A stretch of DNA of 64,000 nucleotides from an uncultured Lachnospiraceae bacterium (GCA_946549155.1 CAMNQN010000001.1:531-64530), one strand, 5' to 3'; counted from the first letter of the stretch, positions 1 through 9,686 are shown. The notes: a model not told the origin generated them from the sequence alone. A program made the numbers and translations.

Positions 1-881
1 TCGCTGTTTTCGGGGAACTGGGCGCTTATGAGGAGGCGCAGAAAGAGAAGGCGGACTGCGAGAAGCGAAAAGCAGACTGCGGGAGGCGGCGCAAAACAAG
101 GCAGCTGATCATTATCGCAGTGCTTTTACTCTGCTTGGCATTGGTTGGGGCGGGGTACTCTATCGGATTTTTCCGTTATGCCATGGGTGTCTGCTATGCC
201 GGTATGGAATATTATGAGAAGGCGGAGAAGATCTTTGAAGACCTGGACGGGCTGCTGGACAGTCAGGAACGGGCGCTGGACTGCGCAAAACAAGCGCTGC
301 TCCTGAAGGAAGAGGAGGAGACGCAGGCGCTGAGAAAGGCCAAGGCCGGAAACAGTGTGGTTTTTGGCAGCGATAAGTGGAAGGTACTGGAACGACAGGG
401 GGATCAGCTCCTGTTGATTTTGGAGCAGGTGGATACGGACGGGCATTTTTATCAGGTTTCTTATCAGGAAGCGCCCCAGGCGGTGAACTGGGCGGAGAGC
501 TCTCTGCGGGCATGGTTAAACGGAGAGCTTCTGGAAACGATTTTTGATGAGGAGGACCGGGGAGCCCTGCTGCCGGTAAATGGGGGAGAGACAAAAACAG
601 AGGGACAGGCTGCCGGCAATGTGGATGAGACTGGCGGTGACTGCGTTTCCATACTCACGGTAAAGCAGGCGGGAGAATATCAAAAAATTCTGCACTCTTT
701 GACCGGAAGAGATTACTGGCTCCAGGATCAGGGGCAGGAGGAGACTGCGGCTGCATTTGTGTCAGCGTCCGGTGATGTGATGATGGAGGGCTACTCTGCA
801 CAGGCTCAGCTTTCGGTGCGTCCTGTTATTCTGGTGGACTGTACGAAGCTGGAGGCGGAAAATAAGGAGGAAGAGGAATGA
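1..881 (+). CDS. Membrane-anchored protein with DUF6273-like extracytoplasmic domain; 5' end lies outside the window
   Basis: Frame 3 is open from nt 3 (AVFGELGAYEEAQKEK...), so the 120..881 track ORF is only the in-window part. One hydrophobic helix (LLLCLALVGAGYSIGFF), then blocks KWKVLERQGDQLLLI, SLRAWLNGELL, YWLQDQG, SVRPVILVD that I associate with DUF6273-type proteins. Stop overlaps the next start (ATGA at 878-881). Confidence 0.6.
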   Translation, partial: AVFGELGAYEEAQKEKADCEKRKADCGRRRKTRQLIIIAVLLLCLALVGAGYSIGFFRYAMGVCYAGMEYYEKAEKIFEDLDGLLDSQERALDCAKQALLLKEEEETQALRKAKAGNSVVFGSDKWKVLERQGDQLLLILEQVDTDGHFYQVSYQEAPQAVNWAESSLRAWLNGELLETIFDEEDRGALLPVNGGETKTEGQAAGNVDETGGDCVSILTVKQAGEYQKILHSLTGRDYWLQDQGQEETAAAFVSASGDVMMEGYSAQAQLSVRPVILVDCTKLEAENKEEEE

Positions 882-1666
882 GCACCTTTCGGTATCGGGT
901 GAATACCTTTATTCAATACAAGGATCTGATCAAGGAGCTGGTCAGCCGGGACCTTAAGCTGAAATACCGCAGAAGCTTTCTGGGCTATGTCTGGAGCGTT
1001 CTGAATCCGCTGCTGATCATGATCGTAATGACCGTGGTATTTTCTGCCATGTTCAAGAGAAACATCGAAAACTATCCGGTGTATCTGCTTTGCGGCCGGA
1101 TGCTGTTTGAATTTATGACCAACAGTACCAACGGGGCGATGCGTTCCGTGACCGGAAACGCGTCACTGCTGAAGAAAACCTATATTCCAAAGTACATTTT
1201 TACGCTGGCCAAGGTAACAAGCTGCCTGCTTGATTTTATTTTCTCACTGGGAGCCCTGCTGATCGTTATGGTGGCCACCGGGGCGACGTTTCACTGGCAG
1301 ATATTGCTGACACCGCTGGTCATCGTCCAGCTTTATATTTTCTGCTGCGGCGTGGGATTTCTCCTGGCGCAGCTCCACGTATTTTTCCGAGATATCCAGT
1401 ACATCTACAAAGCGGTTACCACCGCCTGGATGTATCTGACGCCGATTTTTTATCCGCTGGAGCAGCTTCCGGATATTGTCCAGCTTTTGATTAAGGCAGG
1501 GAACCCCATGTATTATTATGTGGCCCAGTTCCGGGATATGGTTCTGTATGGGCGTTTGCCGGGCCCCCGCATTTTCTGGGGCGGCTGGGTATTTGCGTTT
1601 GTGATGCTGTTTATCGGAGTATGGTCCTTTAAGAAAAATAAAGACAAGTTTATCCTGTATATTTAA
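878..1666 (+). CDS. ABC-2 type glycopolymer export permease (TagG/Wzm-like)
   Basis: 262 aa with multiple hydrophobic helices. N-terminal block RDLKLKYRRSFLGYVWSVLNPLL is typical of ABC-2 polysaccharide/teichoic-acid exporters. ATGA overlap with the upstream gene; the cognate ATPase gene follows. Confidence 0.85.
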   Translation: MSTFRYRVNTFIQYKDLIKELVSRDLKLKYRRSFLGYVWSVLNPLLIMIVMTVVFSAMFKRNIENYPVYLLCGRMLFEFMTNSTNGAMRSVTGNASLLKKTYIPKYIFTLAKVTSCLLDFIFSLGALLIVMVATGATFHWQILLTPLVIVQLYIFCCGVGFLLAQLHVFFRDIQYIYKAVTTAWMYLTPIFYPLEQLPDIVQLLIKAGNPMYYYVAQFRDMVLYGRLPGPRIFWGGWVFAFVMLFIGVWSFKKNKDKFILYI

Positions 1667-1701
1667 TGAGTCAGAAAACTATAACGGAATTTTAGGAGAA
1701 A

Positions 1702-3642
1702 ATGATGGGAAAAAATATCATAGATGTGGATCACGTATCCATCCGGTTTAATCTGGCCAGCCAGAAGGTAAATAACCTGAAGGAGTACGCCATAAAGCTG
1801 GCGAAGCATGAGCTGATGTTTCAGGAATTTCTGGCGCTGAAGGATGTGAACCTGCATGTGAAGCCGGGGGAGGCCTGGGGATTGATCGGAACCAACGGCT
1901 CCGGAAAATCCACTCTTTTAAAGACAATCACCGGTATTCTCAAACCCTACCAGGGAACCGTGAAGGTGAGAGGACAGATCGCGCCCATGATTGAGTTGGG
2001 GGCTGGTTTTGATATGGATCTGACTGCCCGGGAAAATATTTTCCTGAACGGCGCTGTGCTGGGTCATTCCAATGAATTCATGGAGGAGCATTTTGAGGAT
2101 ATCGTAGAATTTGCCGGATTGGGGAAATTCCTGGATTCTCCTATTAAGAACTTTTCTTCCGGTATGAAAGCGCGATTGGGATTTGCTGTGGCTACTATGG
2201 TGGATCCGGAGATTCTGATCTGTGATGAGGTACTCTCCGTAGGAGATTATCAGTTTAAAAAGAAATGCAACGAGCGCATGGAGGAGATGCTGTCAGGTGG
2301 AACCACGCTGCTGTATGTGTCTCACAATATCGACTCTGTAAAAAAACTTTGTACTCATGCGCTGTGGCTGGATCACGGCGAGGTGATTATGTCAGGAGAA
2401 GCGAAAGAGGTTTGCGATGCTTACAGCACCAGGCAGGAGCAGATATTCCGCATTGAACGGAAGGAAAAGGAAGTTAAAAAGGCGCAGAAGCCAGGAAATA
2501 AGTACGATTATCTGGTGGTGGGAGCCGGGCTTTACGGGGCGGTGTTTGCCCATGAAGCCTATAAAGCGGGAAAGCGCTGCCTGGTGATCGATAAGAGGAA
2601 TCATATCGGAGGAAATATCTATACAGAGAATATAAGTAAGATCAATGTGCACAAATATGGCGCGCATATTTTTCACACCAGTAAGAAACCAATCTGGAAC
2701 TACGTAAATGAATTTGCGGGGTTCAACAATTATATCAATGCACCGGTGGCGGTCTACAAGGACGAGCTGTATAATCTTCCCTTTAATATGAATACCTTCA
2801 GCAAGCTCTGGGGTGTGCGGACTCCGGAGGAGGTTAAGAAAAAAATCGCGGAGCAGATTGCAGAACTGAACATTACGGAGCCGAAAAATCTGGAGGAGCA
2901 GGCGCTTTCCCTGGTGGGCAGAGACGTTTACGAGAAGCTGGTGAAGGGCTATACGGAAAAACAGTGGGGAAGAGACTGCAGGGAGCTGCCGGCCTTTATC
3001 ATCAAGCGGCTGCCGCTGCGGTTCACCTATGACAATAACTATTTTAATGACCGTTATCAGGGTATTCCGGAGGGCGGATACACAAAGATTATCAAACAGC
3101 TTCTGGAAGGCATCGATGTGAAGCTGGAAACTGATTATGAAACCTATGTAAAAGAACATCCGGATTCCTTTGAAAAGGTACTATATACCGGACCCATCGA
3201 TGAGTATTTTAAGTATTCCCTGGGCCATCTGGAGTATCGTACGGTTCGCTTCGAGACGGAAGAACTGGAGATGGAGAACTATCAGGGCAATGCGGTGGTG
3301 AATTATACGGACCGGGAGGTGCCCTACACCCGCATTATCGAGCATAAGCATTTCGAGTTTGGAAAGCAGCCCACCACCATTATTTCCAGAGAGTATTCGG
3401 AGGAGTGGAAGCCGGGGATGGAACCCTATTATCCGGTGAATGACGAGAAGAATAATGAACTGTTCGGGAAATACAGAGAACTGGCTGAAAAAGAAGATAA
3501 AGTGATTTTTGGCGGTCGCCTGGGGAATTATAAGTATTATAATATGGATCAGGTGATTGAGGAGGCTCTGCTGATGGCGGAGCGGGAGCTGAAGAGGAAA
3601 ATTTTGGAGAATTACGCGGGAAGTAAGCCGTTGGAGGAATAA
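1702..3642 (+). CDS. Fusion protein: glycopolymer-export ABC ATPase (TagH/Wzt-like) + UDP-galactopyranose mutase (Glf)
   Basis: First ~250 aa carry Walker A GTNGSGKST, signature SSGMKARL and Walker B ILICDE. A Lys/Glu-rich linker (RIERKEKEVKKAQKPGNK) follows. Then come the FAD fold GAGLYG and Glf-type blocks (NVHKYGAHIFHT, YYPVND, GRLGNYKYYNMD). One uninterrupted 646-codon frame; AGGAG lies just upstream of tandem ATG ATG. Confidence 0.85.
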   Translation: MMGKNIIDVDHVSIRFNLASQKVNNLKEYAIKLAKHELMFQEFLALKDVNLHVKPGEAWGLIGTNGSGKSTLLKTITGILKPYQGTVKVRGQIAPMIELGAGFDMDLTARENIFLNGAVLGHSNEFMEEHFEDIVEFAGLGKFLDSPIKNFSSGMKARLGFAVATMVDPEILICDEVLSVGDYQFKKKCNERMEEMLSGGTTLLYVSHNIDSVKKLCTHALWLDHGEVIMSGEAKEVCDAYSTRQEQIFRIERKEKEVKKAQKPGNKYDYLVVGAGLYGAVFAHEAYKAGKRCLVIDKRNHIGGNIYTENISKINVHKYGAHIFHTSKKPIWNYVNEFAGFNNYINAPVAVYKDELYNLPFNMNTFSKLWGVRTPEEVKKKIAEQIAELNITEPKNLEEQALSLVGRDVYEKLVKGYTEKQWGRDCRELPAFIIKRLPLRFTYDNNYFNDRYQGIPEGGYTKIIKQLLEGIDVKLETDYETYVKEHPDSFEKVLYTGPIDEYFKYSLGHLEYRTVRFETEELEMENYQGNAVVNYTDREVPYTRIIEHKHFEFGKQPTTIISREYSEEWKPGMEPYYPVNDEKNNELFGKYRELAEKEDKVIFGGRLGNYKYYNMDQVIEEALLMAERELKRKILENYAGSKPLEE

Positions 3643-4743
3643 ATGCGGCTGCAGCGGTTAGATTCAGATATGGAGAAAATGGAAATGAGAAAACAGGTGA
3701 AAGTATCTGTTATAATTCCCATCTATAATGTGGAGGATTATCTGCGGGAATGTATAGAATCCGTAGTGCATCAGACATTGCGTGAAATAGAGATTATCTG
3801 CGTGAACGACGGCACCAGGGATAATTCCATGGATATTGTAAGGGAATATGCATCCGGTGACAGCAGAATCATTATAGTAAATAAGGCAAATGGAGGTTTG
3901 TCATCAGCCAGAAATTATGGTATGGATATTGCGTCGGGAGAGTACCTTTATTTTCTGGACAGTGATGATTATCTGAAACCGCAGGCTTTGGAAAAACTGT
4001 ATGACTTATCCAAAGAGAATGATCTGGATAATATTTTTTTCAGCGCTGAGACTTTCTTTGAAAGTGAAGAAGTAAAAGAGAAAAACCGCAATTATATTAC
4101 GTATTACAATCGGTCCAGAGAATATCCGAAGGTATATACCGGCCAGGAACTATTTACGCTGATGGAGGAAAAGGGTGATTTCAGGCCCTCCGCCTGTCTT
4201 CAGATGCCGAAAAAAAGACTGCTGGATCAATATGGAATCCGGTTTTATGAAGGGATATTGCATGAGGATAATCTGTTTTCTCTGCAGAATATGACGGTGT
4301 CCCAGCGTGTTATGTGCATTTCTGATAAACTGTATATGCGCCGCATGAGGGAGGAATCCATCATGACCAGTGCAAAGGAGCTGAAGAAGTCTGTTGGATA
4401 TTTTATCACGATCAAGGAGTATTTTTCTTTTATAAAAGATATGGAGCTTCCCGAAGATTTTTCCGAAGCATTGATAAAACGCATGCGAAAGCTTTACGGT
4501 CATGTCATCCAGATGGGGCAGAACGCTACGGAAGAAGCGGTGTTTCGGGCATTTCGTAATGGAAGCATACAGGATGCTATGCAGTACCTGGTATATGCCA
4601 AGACCGCTTCTGAATTAAAGAAGAAGGAAGCCAAACGGGCAAAGCAGAACAGGGAAATAAAAAATTCCTATTCTTACAAAATCGGGCGTGTGTTGGTATA
4701 TATCCCTGGCAAATTAAAAAAAGTGCTTAAGAAACTGATATAG
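3643..4743 (+). CDS. GT2-family glycosyltransferase with basic amphipathic C-terminal tail
   Basis: VSVIIPIYNVEDYL, NDGTRDNS and the DxD motif FLDSDD. C-terminal tail is NSYSYKIGRVLVYIPGKLKKVLKKLI. GGAGGA RBS 6 nt before ATG 3643. Confidence 0.85.
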   Translation: MRLQRLDSDMEKMEMRKQVKVSVIIPIYNVEDYLRECIESVVHQTLREIEIICVNDGTRDNSMDIVREYASGDSRIIIVNKANGGLSSARNYGMDIASGEYLYFLDSDDYLKPQALEKLYDLSKENDLDNIFFSAETFFESEEVKEKNRNYITYYNRSREYPKVYTGQELFTLMEEKGDFRPSACLQMPKKRLLDQYGIRFYEGILHEDNLFSLQNMTVSQRVMCISDKLYMRRMREESIMTSAKELKKSVGYFITIKEYFSFIKDMELPEDFSEALIKRMRKLYGHVIQMGQNATEEAVFRAFRNGSIQDAMQYLVYAKTASELKKKEAKRAKQNREIKNSYSYKIGRVLVYIPGKLKKVLKKLI

Positions 4744-4777
4744 AACGTACAAGGAACTTTTGAAAGGATATAGAAAG

Positions 4778-7114
4778 ATGGCTTGTATACCAAAGGTATC
4801 GGTGATTGTGCCGGTATATAATGTGGAAAAATATCTAAGGGAATGTCTGGACAGCCTGCGGGATCAGACGCTGACGGATATAGAGATTATTTGCGTGGAT
4901 GATGGTTCTACGGATCGTTCTTTCGAAATCCTGGAGGAATATCGGGCGGCCGATTCGCGTTTTCAGATTCTCCGGCAAAAAAATCTCTTTGCGGGAGCTG
5001 CGAGAAATAATGGAATGAAATTTGCAAAGGGAGAGTACCTGATTTTTCTGGATTCGGATGATTTTTTCAGTGCAACGCTTCTGGAGAAGGTATATCGTGC
5101 CGGAAAAGAGAAAGATGCGGACGTGGTGCTTTTTGGGGGCATGAGGTACGACGATTCCACAGGGGAGTACCTGGATGCGCCATGGTATTTTCGCAAAGGA
5201 ATGCTCCCGGCTAAAAATCCTTTTTCCAGAAAGGATATGGCTGAGAGATTATTGGAAATTACTTCACCGGCACCATGGACAAAGGCTTTTAAAAGAAGCT
5301 ATGTGGAGTCATTGGAATTGGAATTTCAGGTGCAGCAGAATGCCAATGATGCATATTTTGTGCTCACAGCGATTGCTTTAGCGAATCGCATTACTTATGT
5401 GCCGGAAAATCTGGTATTCTATCGTATCGGGATGAAAAGTAATCTTCAAAGTAAGAAAGTAAAATATCCCTGCTGCTTTTTGGATGCCTATGAGGCCGTT
5501 TTTAATAAAATGAAAGTAGCGGAGATATACCCGGAAATTGAGAAAGGCTTTGTAAATACAGTCATTTCCGGCTGTGTGTTTAATCTTAGGACGATGGAAG
5601 ATCCGGAAGTAAGATGGACCATTTGCGAGCGGATGCAGAAATGGTCTTTCCGGCAGATGCATTTGCTGGATTATGATGATTCCTATTATGCGAATTTGAA
5701 GAACAAACAGTTTCTTCAGAAAATGCAGGAGGCATATGAAGAAAGCCTGGAGAGAGGGGACCGGAAAATTTTGTTCCAGGAGGAAGCAGACAGCGGTAAA
5801 GAAACAAGGCTGATTTCTCAGACGGAACGTGCAGCAGAGTCTGCGGAGGAACAAAAACATCTGGTACAGGTGGAAAAAGAGAACCGTTCCGGTTCCGGAA
5901 CAGGGATAAAGAAACTATTACGGCGCTTTGTTCCTGCAAGCCGTACTTATCTGGATAAGAAGATGAAGGATGTTCAGACGGATATGCTTAAGCAGATGCG
6001 GCAGCAGCAGGAAGAGATTTTGAAGGCGCAGAAGCGTTTGTTTGCGGATCAAAAAAGAATGCTGCAGTTTTTGCAGAAAAAAAATGAGGAACAGATGAAG
6101 GCCATTCAAGGAGTGAAGGTATATGTGGATCAGGAACTGCGAAGAAGAGATGCCTGGGAAGTGTGTGCGGAAGAGACAAGACGGCTGGCAAAGGGCCGGC
6201 CGGTGTGGGTGATCAAGTGCCCTGCTCCAGAGGATGAGTCGAAAGTCAAATGGGGGGATTATCCCTTTGCGTTGGCATTAAAGCGGTGCCTGGAGCAGCT
6301 AAACTGCTATGTGCTTCTGGATGCCAGAGAAGACTGGGGCTGTGAAGAAGGGGCTGATGTGGTGGTGGCGTTAAGGGGACATTATTTTTATCGCCCGGAT
6401 CGAAGAAATAAGAAAGGCCTTTATATCATGTGGAATATCAGCCATCCTGATCTGGTGACGAAAGAGGAGTATGAACTTTTTGATGTGGTTTGTGTGGGCT
6501 CAAGACATTACGCCGAACAATTAGCCGAAAAACTGTCCGTTCCCGTATTTCCGCTGCTGCAGTGTACGGATACATCTGTATTTTATCCGCCCAGGGAGAA
6601 AAGGAGCGCATATCGCTGGGATTACATTTTTATCGGAAATTCCAGGGGAGTGGCCAGAAGCTGTGTGATGTGGGCCGTGGAGGAAAAACTGCCGATCCGC
6701 ATGTGGGGCAGCGGCTGGGATAAAATTTTGCCGGACCACATGAATCTATTTGAGGCTCCGTTCATAGAAAATGGAGAAATACCGGATTTGTATCGCTCCG
6801 CAAAGGTTACTCTTAACGACCATTGGGGAGATATGCTGGAAAAACAGTTTGTGAATAATCGTATTTTCGATGCGCTGGCCTGCGGCCTGCCGGTGATTTC
6901 CGATACCAGCCAGGAGCTGCGGGATATTTTCCCGGAGGCTGTCCTGCATTATAGCAATAAAGAAGAATTCCGGGAATGCGTTCGTCAGATTGAAGAAAAT
7001 TATGACGAAGTGAAGCAGCGGGTGCTGGAGCAGTGGGATCTGATCAAAGAACAATATTCTTTTGAAGCCAGAGCCAGAGAGCTGGTTGAAATTGCGGAGA
7101 AATATAAGCCGTAA
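4778..7114 (+). CDS. Bifunctional glycosyltransferase: GT2 domain - coiled coil - CgeB/YkvP-like GT1-type domain
   Basis: N-terminal GT2 (VSVIVPVYNVEKYL, DDGSTD, FLDSDD). Central Glu/Lys/Gln-rich segment (KQMRQQQEEILKAQKRLFADQKRMLQFLQKKNEEQMKAIQ). C-terminal ~320 aa with IFIGNSRG, NDHWGDM, NNRIFDALACGLPVISD. ATG 4778 preferred over TTG 4760 of the track. Confidence 0.8.
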   Translation: MACIPKVSVIVPVYNVEKYLRECLDSLRDQTLTDIEIICVDDGSTDRSFEILEEYRAADSRFQILRQKNLFAGAARNNGMKFAKGEYLIFLDSDDFFSATLLEKVYRAGKEKDADVVLFGGMRYDDSTGEYLDAPWYFRKGMLPAKNPFSRKDMAERLLEITSPAPWTKAFKRSYVESLELEFQVQQNANDAYFVLTAIALANRITYVPENLVFYRIGMKSNLQSKKVKYPCCFLDAYEAVFNKMKVAEIYPEIEKGFVNTVISGCVFNLRTMEDPEVRWTICERMQKWSFRQMHLLDYDDSYYANLKNKQFLQKMQEAYEESLERGDRKILFQEEADSGKETRLISQTERAAESAEEQKHLVQVEKENRSGSGTGIKKLLRRFVPASRTYLDKKMKDVQTDMLKQMRQQQEEILKAQKRLFADQKRMLQFLQKKNEEQMKAIQGVKVYVDQELRRRDAWEVCAEETRRLAKGRPVWVIKCPAPEDESKVKWGDYPFALALKRCLEQLNCYVLLDAREDWGCEEGADVVVALRGHYFYRPDRRNKKGLYIMWNISHPDLVTKEEYELFDVVCVGSRHYAEQLAEKLSVPVFPLLQCTDTSVFYPPREKRSAYRWDYIFIGNSRGVARSCVMWAVEEKLPIRMWGSGWDKILPDHMNLFEAPFIENGEIPDLYRSAKVTLNDHWGDMLEKQFVNNRIFDALACGLPVISDTSQELRDIFPEAVLHYSNKEEFRECVRQIEENYDEVKQRVLEQWDLIKEQYSFEARARELVEIAEKYKP

Positions 7115-7142
7115 GGAGGACATTTTGAAGCTGTCAGACGGA

Positions 7143-9026
7143 ATGAGAAAATATAAGAGAATAGTTGCGGCAGTTATTATCATTCTTCTGGTGGTTTTTG
7201 TGGAAGTTGGTTTTAATTATCCTGCCCTTGTGGAAGGATATGAAGAACTGGACTTAAGTCCGTATATTAAGGCAGAGGGTGAAAAAGGGAACCAAAGCTA
7301 TGTGGTGGAGTATCAGGTTCCGCAAGGATTATATGTGAAGCAGCTGGAGATACGGGGAAGGTTTTCAGGGGCGAATTGTATCGTAGAGTGCAGAATACTG
7401 AATGATTTTGGCAAAGAAGAGGAATATACGGTGACAGATTCCGTACATTCATGGTTCACCAGCTTTTATACGAATCTGAATAAGCGGATAACCTCCATAA
7501 AGATTACTCTCCCGAAATACAGTGGTACAGAGCTGTGGTCAGTGTCGCTCTCCAACCGGGCAGAAATAAATAAATACCGGTTATTGTTTGTGGCATTATC
7601 CTTGATGGTATTGTACTGTGTTTTCTTTGAACACATTTTCAGAAAAAGACCGGAATATTTTTTCCTTTTGTTTTCCGCGGCTTATGGTGTGCTCCTGCTA
7701 TTAAGCGGACAGCCTCAGTGCAATGCCTGGGATGAGCAGGCCCATTTTCAAAATGCATACCGTCTTGCCAGCGGCAGAGTTGTGGAATGGAACGAAGCGG
7801 CAGAATTGATGGGAACGGGTAAGACTGTAAAATGCAACACAAAGGCAGAATACGCCCAACTGAGAGAATTTATGGATGAGAAGGGGAAAAATGGTACCGC
7901 AGCGGAGGAACAAGGCAGATGGGGGCTGGGCTATAATTCCTTTGGATATCTTCCCAGTGCTGTATTTTTGAGAATTGGCATGTGGCTGGGGTTGTCCTTT
8001 TCTAATCTGATATTGTTAGGAAGAATGGGAAATCTGTTGGCATATATTTTGGCTATGTTTTGGGCCATTCGTCTTGCGAAGCAAAAGAAATTGTTTTTGC
8101 TGCTTGTTTCTCTGATGCCCACCTCTCTTTTTCTGGCCTGTTCTTATACGTATGATGGGACAATATTTTCCCTTGTAACATTGGGAATTGTATTGTGGGC
8201 CAATGAAATGACTGCTCAGAAAGAGGAGTACCGGATATGGCCTCTTGTGTTGTCTGTTTTCCTGATCGTAATTGGCGGCATGGCAAAAATTATTTATGTG
8301 CCTCTGGCGTTGATTTGGATTTTAGCACCCCAGATAAAGCGGATCAGCAAAAAGAAAAAAGCGCTTCTGCTGTCCGGTGTTGTAGTGTTCTGTGCGGTAT
8401 TGGGAATCTTTGTCGTGGTTCGCTGGCTTATACCTGTGCTGAAGGGCCAGATTCTGTTTGCGGATTTTCGGGGCGGAGAAACCAGTCTGGCTGCCCAGTT
8501 AACATCGATGCTTCGCCATCCCTGGGCAAGTATTAAAATGTTCGTAAGAGATATTCTGAGCCTGGATAATTTCCGGAATTCCGGAATCGCGGAATATAAT
8601 GACTTTTTTGTGGGAAATTTGATGTTTCTGAATTATTATCTTATGGGAGTTATGTCGGATAAATGGTGCATTCTGCTGCTTCCGGTTATGGTGATATTGC
8701 TGCTGTATCCTGGGGAGGAGATTGGTGAACAAAGAGTGCTGCGCAGGGGGCAGCAGTGTTTTATATTGCTCATTGTGACGGGTGTTATTGGGTTGATCTG
8801 GGCATCCATGTATCTGGCATTTACCCCGGTGGGGGATTCCAGAATTGCAGGAGTGCAGGCAAGGTATTACCTTCCGCTGGTTTATCTGGCAGCTCTTGCT
8901 ATACAGGGCAAAACGATAGTTATACAAGCCGGATATAAGGGAATGGTGAAAATGACGATGGTTACCGCACTGGTGCTGGAAACAGTTTCTATGTATGACT
9001 TTATCTTGAGTTCCCGGCTTTTCTAG
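7143..9026 (+). CDS. Polytopic membrane protein, DUF2142-like (putative glycopolymer-modifying/polymerising membrane enzyme)
   Basis: Many hydrophobic segments; a ~140-aa soluble insert follows the first TM. The AWDEQAHFQNAY block resembles the DE..H signature I associate with DUF2142. The track ORF starts at 7062 inside the upstream gene. ATG 7143 (or TTG 7125 just after AGGAGGA) is more plausible. Confidence 0.7.
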   Translation: MRKYKRIVAAVIIILLVVFVEVGFNYPALVEGYEELDLSPYIKAEGEKGNQSYVVEYQVPQGLYVKQLEIRGRFSGANCIVECRILNDFGKEEEYTVTDSVHSWFTSFYTNLNKRITSIKITLPKYSGTELWSVSLSNRAEINKYRLLFVALSLMVLYCVFFEHIFRKRPEYFFLLFSAAYGVLLLLSGQPQCNAWDEQAHFQNAYRLASGRVVEWNEAAELMGTGKTVKCNTKAEYAQLREFMDEKGKNGTAAEEQGRWGLGYNSFGYLPSAVFLRIGMWLGLSFSNLILLGRMGNLLAYILAMFWAIRLAKQKKLFLLLVSLMPTSLFLACSYTYDGTIFSLVTLGIVLWANEMTAQKEEYRIWPLVLSVFLIVIGGMAKIIYVPLALIWILAPQIKRISKKKKALLLSGVVVFCAVLGIFVVVRWLIPVLKGQILFADFRGGETSLAAQLTSMLRHPWASIKMFVRDILSLDNFRNSGIAEYNDFFVGNLMFLNYYLMGVMSDKWCILLLPVMVILLLYPGEEIGEQRVLRRGQQCFILLIVTGVIGLIWASMYLAFTPVGDSRIAGVQARYYLPLVYLAALAIQGKTIVIQAGYKGMVKMTMVTALVLETVSMYDFILSSRLF

Positions 9027-9067
9027 GGCAGGCAGATTGTTTGAATTCAATGAGGAGGAGGTATTTC

Positions 9068-9659
9068 ATGGGCAGATTTGTAAATCCTGGAAACAGTGCG
9101 TTTCAGGTTGCTTTGAATTCGGAAATATATGTTGATAAAACGGGCCTTCTCGCATATACAAACAGGGTTATAGATACGAATCAGACCTTGATTTGCAACA
9201 GCCGTCCGCGCCGCTTTGGTAAGTCGGTTACCGCTGATATGCTTGCAGCTTATTACAGCAGGGGCTGTGATTCAGAACGGATGTTTTCCGGATTGGCGAT
9301 TGGAAAAACGGAGACATTTAAAAGATATTTGAATAAGTATGATGCGGGGTGAATTCCAAAGCTATTGGACACAGACCGGGACTTATGAATCTATTGTACC
9401 ATTGATTAACATGAACTTTGACGGACTGAAAACAGCTATTATTACAATGCTGTCAGGGCAGGAAGTAAAGGTCCGAACAAAATCCTACCAGAATGATATG
9501 GTTACCTTTAAGGGGAAGGACGATGTATTGACATCTCTGATTCACCTTGGCTATCTTGCCTTTGATCCCCAAAAACAGACGGCATTTATTCCTAATGAGG
9601 AAGTTCGCAGCGAGTTTTTAGACGCGGTTCAGGGAAATAATTGGAATGATTTTCATTGA
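9068..9659 (+). pseudogene. Decayed AAA-ATPase_like / PD-(D/E)xK (PDDEXK_9-type) gene: frameshift plus internal deletion
   Basis: Two adjacent frames (9041..9352 and 9339..9659). The first is the N-terminus of AAA-ATPase_like proteins (GRFVNPGNSAFQVALNSEIYVDKTGLL, RPRRFGKS). The second is the C-terminal nuclease-like part (FQSYWTQTG, LIHLGYLAFD). Intact family members are, to my knowledge, >500 aa. Confidence 0.65.
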
Positions 9660-9686
9660 GAAACTAAAAAATAAGAGGAGAATGTC

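Noticed and set aside
2392-3159. 255-aa minus-strand ORF
   Set aside because: It is antisense to the Glf part of the ABC::Glf fusion gene.
7062-7142. N-terminal extension of the DUF2142-like ORF in the track; similar long extensions at 14827, 15966, 37533, 42134, 43554 and 56729
   Set aside because: The extensions overlap the 3' end of the upstream gene or lack an RBS. Internal ATG/TTG codons with Shine-Dalgarno sequences, or alignment to paralogs, give more plausible starts. The exact starts remain uncertain.
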